Shown here piece by piece: positions 55,742 through 61,470 of a stretch of 64,000 bases of DNA (position 1 is the first letter of the stretch; each line of letters opens with the position of its first letter). Source of the DNA: an uncultured Bacilli bacterium (GTDB taxonomy: Bacteria; Bacillota_I; Bacilli_A; RF39; UBA660). The DNA lies in contig CAKOHR010000002.1 of the NCBI GenBank assembly GCA_934085825.1, positions 113,682 to 177,681 of the forward strand, given 5' to 3'. Made by a program: the position numbers and the translations under genes. The notes below the pieces were generated by a model. That model worked only from the letters and a program-made list of their open reading frames with translations, was not told the origin of the DNA and did not search any database.

Positions 55742-57742
55742 TCAGATTATGTCGATGATATCATCTTTTTTTAAATAATTAGCAATTTTCTCTAAAATTG
55801 TGGTTTTATCTATCTTTAAATATTTAACAACATCTTCGGTTTTACCACTCATACCAAATTTATTTACTCCGAAAATATAATCTGGTTTTGATGCAAATCT
55901 ATTCCAAATAAGGCTATTTCCTGCTTCAATTACAAAGGTTGGAACATCTTTTGGTAATAGTTGTTCTTCATACTTAGGATTTTGTTTTAAGAAAAGTTCC
56001 ATGCTTGGCATTGAAACTACTCTAGTATCTATTCCTAAAGTAAATAGTTCTTTTGATATATCCATTGCCATTTCAAGTTCTTGACCAGTGGCAATAATAA
56101 TTCCGTCTAAATGATACTTTTCTTTACGAACCATGTAAGCTCCATATTTTACAAATCTAGCATTAGTATTTTTTTGTTTACTTCTCTCTTCTTTACTTAT
56201 AATCATTGCTGTTGCACAATTATTTTTAAGAATATATTCCCAAGCTCCCATTATTTCATTGATATCAGCTGGTCTAAATGTTGTAAAGTTTGGAATAGTT
56301 CTAAGGCTTGCCAGTTGCTCAACAGGTTCATGAGTTGGTCCATCTTGTCCAACATATACAGAATCATGTGTAAAAATATATGTAACTGGTAAATTCATTA
56401 GTGCTGACATTCTAATCGCTGGTTTTAAATAATCACTAAACGCTAAAAATGTTGAGCCAAAAACTTTTAAGTTTGATAAAGCCATCCCATTTAAAATTGC
56501 ACCCATGGCATGTTCTCTTACACCAAAATATATGTTTTTACCAACTGGATTTTTTTCACTTTGAATAGTTGATTTATCTAAATTTGTTTTGCAAGATGAT
56601 GAAAGATCGGCAGAACCTCCAAGAAAGAATGGACTTTTTGGTGATATAAAATTCATTATCTTATGATTTGACTCCCTTAAAGTTTCTCTATATTCATCAC
56701 TTATTTTAAATTTTGTGTCATCAAAATCAATTACAAAAGCGTTTCTTTCAAGTAAATTAACCATAGCATGTAAATTACTATTTTCTTCTTTTATATTAGT
56801 GTACTCTTCTTGCCATTCTAAATATTTTTTAGATATTCTTTTATTTACATAATTTTGTAAGTAGTCTAAAATATCTTTTCTAATTTCAAATGGCTCTTCA
56901 GTAATTTTATATTCAGCTTTAATTGCTGCTAAATCATCTTTTGCAAGTGGCTTACCATGTACTTTATTTGTACCTTCTAGTTTTGAGTCTTCACCAATTA
57001 TTGTATTACATATAATTACTGATGGTCTATCTGATTTCTTTGCTTGTTTAATTGCTTTAGATATTTCTTTATAGTCATCTCCATATTTAACATTAATTAT
57101 ATTAAAATCTAAGGCTTCAAAACGTATTTCAATATCTTCTGTAAAAGTATTTTTAGTATCACTATCTAAAGACACATTATTTTTATCATATAAAAGAATT
57201 AATTTATTTAAATTTTGAGTGCTGGCAAAACTTAAAGCTTCATAGCTAATTCCTTCCATTAAATCGCCATCACCACATAAACAATATGTATAATAGTCAA
57301 GTAATTTAGAATTTTTATTTTCAATTTTAACTATTGCATTTAAATATCTTTCTGCAAGAGCCATACCAACAGCCATACCAACGCCTTGACCTAGTGGACC
57401 AGTTGATGCATCTACTCCTGGCGTTACTTTAACTTCCGGATGGCCTGGTGTAAGACTGCTTAAATCTCTGAAGTGTTTTAACTCTTCCATCTCAATTCCA
57501 TAACCCATGTGGTATAAAACGGAATATAAAAGAGCAGAACCATGACCTGCTGACATAACAAATCTATCTCTATTTATCCAATTTGGATTACTTGGTATAA
57601 CATCCATTTGTTCTTTATATAAAGCATATAAAATCGGAGCAGCTCCTAAAACTATTCCCGGATGCCCACTTCCAGCTTTATCTATCATATCAAGTGCAAG
57701 CACCTTTATACTATTAAGTGCTGCATCATCCATTTTACTCAT
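55742..57742 (-). CDS. tkt: Transketolase
   Basis: TPP-binding GHPG...GDG motifs, Pyr and C-terminal domains. Start placed at MSKMDD with an AAGGAGTGA Shine-Dalgarno sequence. Confidence 0.9.
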   Translation of the reverse strand: MSKMDDAALNSIKVLALDMIDKAGSGHPGIVLGAAPILYALYKEQMDVIPSNPNWINRDRFVMSAGHGSALLYSVLYHMGYGIEMEELKHFRDLSSLTPGHPEVKVTPGVDASTGPLGQGVGMAVGMALAERYLNAIVKIENKNSKLLDYYTYCLCGDGDLMEGISYEALSFASTQNLNKLILLYDKNNVSLDSDTKNTFTEDIEIRFEALDFNIINVKYGDDYKEISKAIKQAKKSDRPSVIICNTIIGEDSKLEGTNKVHGKPLAKDDLAAIKAEYKITEEPFEIRKDILDYLQNYVNKRISKKYLEWQEEYTNIKEENSNLHAMVNLLERNAFVIDFDDTKFKISDEYRETLRESNHKIMNFISPKSPFFLGGSADLSSSCKTNLDKSTIQSEKNPVGKNIYFGVREHAMGAILNGMALSNLKVFGSTFLAFSDYLKPAIRMSALMNLPVTYIFTHDSVYVGQDGPTHEPVEQLASLRTIPNFTTFRPADINEIMGAWEYILKNNCATAMIISKEERSKQKNTNARFVKYGAYMVRKEKYHLDGIIIATGQELEMAMDISKELFTLGIDTRVVSMPSMELFLKQNPKYEEQLLPKDVPTFVIEAGNSLIWNRFASKPDYIFGVNKFGMSGKTEDVVKYLKIDKTTILEKIANYLKKDDIIDII

Positions 57743-57800
57743 ATTAATCACTCCTTATGATAATAAAATTATATCACAACGAATACAAGTAGTCAAAATT

Positions 57801-58205
57801 TTAAACTATTTTTTTTAAATCACCATTTAAAATAATTGGATTAAAGCCAATAATTTCATCTTTTAATAAACCATCTGGTATATCATTTATCATATATATT
57901 GTTTTTCCTAACCTAAAAGCATCGTACATTTCTAGAAATGTTGCACCCCCGATATAATTTTGAATGCCATTTTTAGCATAGTTTAAAACAAGCACAGCAT
58001 CAACTCCAGAAATAACTTCTTCACTATGTTTAATCATTCCAGCTTTCCACTTAGCGTGTTCATCTGTGCCACGATATTTACTTTCTGTTTCAGGACAATC
58101 ATAACAATTAGGTAATGATATTATATGTCCCACTTTTTCTAGTGCACTCTTAATTGGTGGTATTTTATCATAAAACGCTTTACTGCATATAATAAATATT
58201 TTCAT
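57801..58205 (-). CDS. Nucleoside 2-deoxyribosyltransferase-like (NDT-fold) protein
   Basis: 134 aa; GGATFLEMYDAFRLGKTIYMI resembles the NDT catalytic-Glu region. Own extended -10 promoter (TGtTATAAT) at ~58225-58240. Confidence 0.4.
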   Translation of the reverse strand: MKIFIICSKAFYDKIPPIKSALEKVGHIISLPNCYDCPETESKYRGTDEHAKWKAGMIKHSEEVISGVDAVLVLNYAKNGIQNYIGGATFLEMYDAFRLGKTIYMINDIPDGLLKDEIIGFNPIILNGDLKKIV

Positions 58206-58267
58206 ATATTTTGCTCCTTATAGTTTTATTATAACATAAAAATAGAAAATTTTTTATATTTTTAAAT

Positions 58268-58296
58268 TTGACTTTTAGCCACATTTATGCTATTAT
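58268..58296 (+). promoter_or_regulatory. Near-consensus sigma-A promoter TTGACT-17-(TGc)TATTAT for the candidate sRNA
   Basis: TTGACT at 58268-58273, 17-nt spacer, TG at 58288-58289, TATTAT at 58291-58296. Confidence 0.6.
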
Positions 58297-58302
58297 GTAT
58301 TT

Positions 58303-58420
58303 AGCAAAGAAAATTTGCATATAATAAAAAAATGGAACATCCGTTTTTACCGAGATTGGATGCTACCAATAATGTGGATGGCATCTAAATCAACCTCGTT
58401 GATTTAGATGCTTTTTGTTA
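58303..58420 (+). ncRNA. Candidate ~118-nt sRNA (putative type I antitoxin), convergent with and 3'-overlapping the 27-aa ORF
   Basis: Strong promoter upstream. Intrinsic terminator with a 13-14-bp perfect stem (GCATCTAAATCAAC / GTTGATTTAGATGC, 58381-58411) and a UUUUUGUU tail. No ORF. Confidence 0.5.
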
Positions 58421-58576
58421 GATTGCTAATACAAATACAATTATTAGCAAACATACTATGATGAAGAACAATATAAGAATAAATAAATCCTTTATGCTCA
58501 TTAACATCACCTCTCTTTCAGTTCCAAAACTTTAAAAGAGGTAGCATCCAATCAAACAGGATGTTCCATAAATTAA
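58336..58576. repeat. Imperfect ~34-bp inverted repeats (GGAACATCC...GGATGCTACC / GGTAGCATCC...GGATGTTCC) flanking the peptide ORF and terminator
   Basis: Left arm 58336-58370, right arm 58541-58576. The two outer 9-10-bp blocks are perfectly complementary; the middles diverge. Confidence 0.8.
58418..58501 (-). CDS. 27-aa hydrophobic peptide (MSIKDLFILILFFIIVCLLIIVFVLAI), candidate type I toxin
   Basis: Near-ideal Shine-Dalgarno sequence AGAAAGAGAGGUGAU 8 nt upstream of the AUG. 5'-UTR hairpin ACCUCUUUU/AAAGAGAGGU able to sequester the SD. Promoter TTGCTT-18-TAATAT at ~58575-58608. The 3' end overlaps the sRNA terminator. Confidence 0.45.
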   Translation of the reverse strand: MSIKDLFILILFFIIVCLLIIVFVLAI

Positions 58577-58810
58577 TTATATTACTAAATAGTTTCAAAA
58601 GCAAGCAATTTAAGCCACTTTATAAAATTTATAATAACCAAATTTAAAATATGTATATATAAGTATATGCATGTTTATTTTTAGCAACTTTTTAACCATT
58701 ATTTTTAATTAAGATTGTCCTATTATGTATTTAGCAAAGAAGATTTGCTTGTAACGAAAAAGGAACACATCATTTTGAAACCACTCAGTGTTAACCTATT
58801 TATTTTAAAT

Positions 58811-58840
58811 AAAAAAAGTGCCGAAGCACTATTTACTTTT
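58811..58840 (-). terminator. Terminator of pgsA (UUCG-loop hairpin followed by U7); bidirectional in form
   Basis: Minus strand reads AGUGC-UUCG-GCACU UUUUUUU, overlapping the pgsA stop codon. Confidence 0.6.
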
Positions 58841-59449
58841 CTTTGGAAATAATATGTCTTTAACACCATAGAAATATTGGGCACCAGATATAACTGAAAG
58901 TATTACTGCAGCTATAAGCAAAATATCTGCAACTGGGAAACCAATAAGTTCAAATGGCAAATTATAAAACATTGTAAGGGTAAGTCCACTCATCATACAA
59001 ATTGTTTTAAGTTTTCCCATAATTGATGCTGCCACAACTTTTCCATTTTGTCCTGAAATCATCTTACATGAGTCAACAACAATATCACGAGATATAATAA
59101 CAACTGGAATTACAATAGAAATAATTCTATCATAAGCAAGAATTATTAAAAGCCCATTTACAAGTAATTTATCTGCAATGGCATCCATAACTTTTCCAAA
59201 ATCAGTTACCATATTATTTTTACGAGCTAGATAACCATCTAAAAAATCTGATGTTGAAGCTATTAAAAATATTATACCTGCAATTATATATTTTAAATTA
59301 ACAGTTATTGTTGCTACTTGATAAACAGGAAATTCTACTCCTAAATTGTACCAAGGCATTAAAAGCATTATAAGTAATAATACTGATAAAACTATTCTAG
59401 TCAATGTTATTTTGTTTGGTAAATTCATATATACTTCCCTACTTTCCAT
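58829..59449 (-). CDS. pgsA: CDP-diacylglycerol--glycerol-3-phosphate 3-phosphatidyltransferase
   Basis: CDP-alcohol phosphatidyltransferase motif DFLDGYLAR...G...DAIADK; rodZ-pgsA synteny. Confidence 0.85.
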   Translation of the reverse strand: MESREVYMNLPNKITLTRIVLSVLLLIMLLMPWYNLGVEFPVYQVATITVNLKYIIAGIIFLIASTSDFLDGYLARKNNMVTDFGKVMDAIADKLLVNGLLIILAYDRIISIVIPVVIISRDIVVDSCKMISGQNGKVVAASIMGKLKTICMMSGLTLTMFYNLPFELIGFPVADILLIAAVILSVISGAQYFYGVKDILFPKKSK

Positions 59450-59912
59450 AACTTATTGTGTCAGTTGTACTTCGGTTAATTGTAACTTGTTTTACTGACC
59501 AAATAATTGCAAACATAACAAGTAAAAATATAAATACATAAATCGTAACATATACCCATCTATTATATTTTTTAGCTTGTTTTGTATATGGAGATGCTAC
59601 AGCATCTTCTTTTTTTTCTTCTTTAATTTTAAGTTCTATTGTCTTTTCAATTTCCTTAATAGGTATCTTAGAGGTATATTCAAACATATACTCATTAAAT
59701 TCATCTATTAATTCTTGTTCATCTAAACCTAAATATTTAGCATAACTTGATATATATTCTTTAAGTTCAAATATATCTTTAAATGCTCCGGTTCTTCCGT
59801 CCTCAATATTTTCTAGTATTTCTACTTTTATATTAAGATCTTTGCTTGCTTCATTTAAACTTACACCTGATGACTCCCTTGCATACTGAAGCTCCTCACC
59901 AATTTCGTTCAA
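59439..59912 (-). CDS. rodZ: RodZ-like HTH (XRE) membrane protein
   Basis: N-terminal HTH (LQYARESSGVSLNEASKDLNIKVEILENIE), a single TM segment, and the position upstream of pgsA as for B. subtilis ymfM. Confidence 0.6.
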   Translation of the reverse strand: MNEIGEELQYARESSGVSLNEASKDLNIKVEILENIEDGRTGAFKDIFELKEYISSYAKYLGLDEQELIDEFNEYMFEYTSKIPIKEIEKTIELKIKEEKKEDAVASPYTKQAKKYNRWVYVTIYVFIFLLVMFAIIWSVKQVTINRSTTDTISYGK

Positions 59913-59944
59913 AACTTTTTCACTCCTTTTTTAATCCAAAAATA

Positions 59945-60294
59945 AAAATAATCTGAATAAGCCATGTTTTGTTCTTCATAAAGAAGAGGCAAATATTTAT
60001 CTTACATCTCTGCATCTAAAGTAAATTCAGTTTTTTACTTTAAACTCCCCTACCATAATTTGGGTTTCTCGCTTGCGGGGTTTACCACGTTCCACCTACA
60101 AAGTTTCCCTTGTAGCTCGTCTCTTTGGCACTTTTATATCTAATAAAACCATTTAAGGTCCCCTCGAAGCCGTTAACTTGCGTTACCTTAGGTTATTTTT
60201 TCCCTAAGCACAAACACTACAGACATCGCAGTCTGTGCGAGCATGGACTTTCCTCTACATAACTATCTTATGCAGCATTTGCCACTAGATTATT
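59945..60294 (-). ncRNA. rnpB: RNase P RNA, type B (Firmicutes-type)
   Basis: The minus strand contains GUAGAGGAAAGUCCAUGCUCGCAC..., GUGGAACGUGGUAAACCCCGCAAGCGAGAAACCCAAAUUAUGGUA and AACAAAACAUGGCUUAUUCAG. These closely match B. subtilis rnpB conserved regions. P1 forms from AAUAAUCU with AGAUUAUU. The 5' end abuts or overlaps the gpsB stop. Confidence 0.9.
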
Positions 60295-60625
60295 CATTAT
60301 TTCCATAAACTACTTTTTCAAGTTGACTAATTCTTTTTAGTAAATCAACATTATTTAGTCCCCGTGAAGGCACTTCATTATTAGAACTTGCTACTTCTTG
60401 GAGTCTTCTTATTTCTTGTTTTAATTTAATATTATCATCGGTTAAATCTTTTACGTCTTTTTCTAACTTTCTAATAATATTTGCATACTCCGTATAATCA
60501 CGGATAACCATATCCAAAAACTTATCAACTTCTTGAGGTCGATATCCCCTGGCATCAATTTTAAACTCTTTCTCAAGTATTTCTTGAGGAGTTAAATATA
60601 ATCGATCGTTATACAAAAATATCAC
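60290..60625 (-). CDS. gpsB: Cell-cycle protein GpsB (DivIVA-domain)
   Basis: LTPQEILEKEFKIDARGYRPQEVDKFLDMV is the DivIVA/GpsB N-terminal signature; 111 aa; gpsB-rnpB and recU-ponA synteny. Confidence 0.85.
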   Translation of the reverse strand: MIFLYNDRLYLTPQEILEKEFKIDARGYRPQEVDKFLDMVIRDYTEYANIIRKLEKDVKDLTDDNIKLKQEIRRLQEVASSNNEVPSRGLNNVDLLKRISQLEKVVYGNNE

Positions 60626-60921
60626 CTACTAACAAAAAAATTATATCTTAAATTTTCATTTTAGTCAATATTATCATCACTACTAATTTCTTCCACTTCT
60701 AAAATTGGAACGTTAAGAGTTACAAAATCAAGCTTTTCCATCATTATATTAATATAGTATTCTAAACGCATTTTTATCACCATCTCTATCATATAGCATA
60801 TTTACTTTTTTTTCATTACTTTCGACAAAACATGTCAAAACTTTTAAATGTCTACTTTTGACAAACTTACATTGATGTCTATTAAATTTTTTTATAATAT
60901 GTTATAATACTTAAAGGTGAT

Positions 60922-61470
60922 TTGATGTTATATCCTGGAGGCACTAAAAAAGTATATAAAAAGGAAATTTCATATAAAAATCGTGGAATGGATCTTGAAT
61001 ATTTGATAGAACAAGCTAATATTTACTATAGAGAAAATGATATTGCATACATTTATAAAAAGCCTACACCTATTAGGGTAGTTAAAACTAATTATTCTAA
61101 TCAAGGTAAAAGAATTACTGATGCTTTTTATGAAATGCCATCAACACTCGATTTTAATGGAATTTATAAGGGAAAATATATTGAGTTTGATGCTAAAGAT
61201 ACAAATAATAAGACAGCGTTTCCACTAAGTAATGTTCATGAACACCAAATAAAACATATTAGAAATATATATAATCATGGAGGCATAGTTTTTCTAATAA
61301 TACGTATGAATGATAAATATTATATATTAATGGGAAAAGAATTTATTGAATTCATTGATGCAAATACGAGAAAAAGTATTCCATATGAATATATAAAAAG
61401 TCATGGCATAGAAATAACCATGAAACTTAAAGGTTTAGATTATTTAAGTAAGATAGGAGACATAATATGA
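60922..61470 (+). CDS. recU: Holliday junction resolvase RecU
   Basis: 182 aa; N-terminal GMDLEYLIEQANIYYRENDIAYIYKKPTPI; catalytic FDAKDT and E..K motifs; 4-nt overlap with ponA. Confidence 0.85.
   Translation: MMLYPGGTKKVYKKEISYKNRGMDLEYLIEQANIYYRENDIAYIYKKPTPIRVVKTNYSNQGKRITDAFYEMPSTLDFNGIYKGKYIEFDAKDTNNKTAFPLSNVHEHQIKHIRNIYNHGGIVFLIIRMNDKYYILMGKEFIEFIDANTRKSIPYEYIKSHGIEITMKLKGLDYLSKIGDII

Noticed and set aside
58336-58576. Interpreting the inverted repeats as a recombinase-invertible promoter switch (fim-like) controlled by the xer-like recombinase.
   Set aside because: The only recombinase in the window is 34 kb away. The arms are only partly identical (two 9-10-bp blocks). The enclosed segment is better explained by a convergent sRNA/peptide pair. 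It is kept only as an alternative in the findings.
60626-60921. 27-aa acidic micro-ORF (MMEKLDFVTLNVPILEVEEISSDDNID) on the minus strand between gpsB and recU.
   Set aside because: There is no Shine-Dalgarno sequence, no terminator pairing, and composition gives no support. The region more likely holds the gpsB and recU promoters (TTGACA-like boxes).
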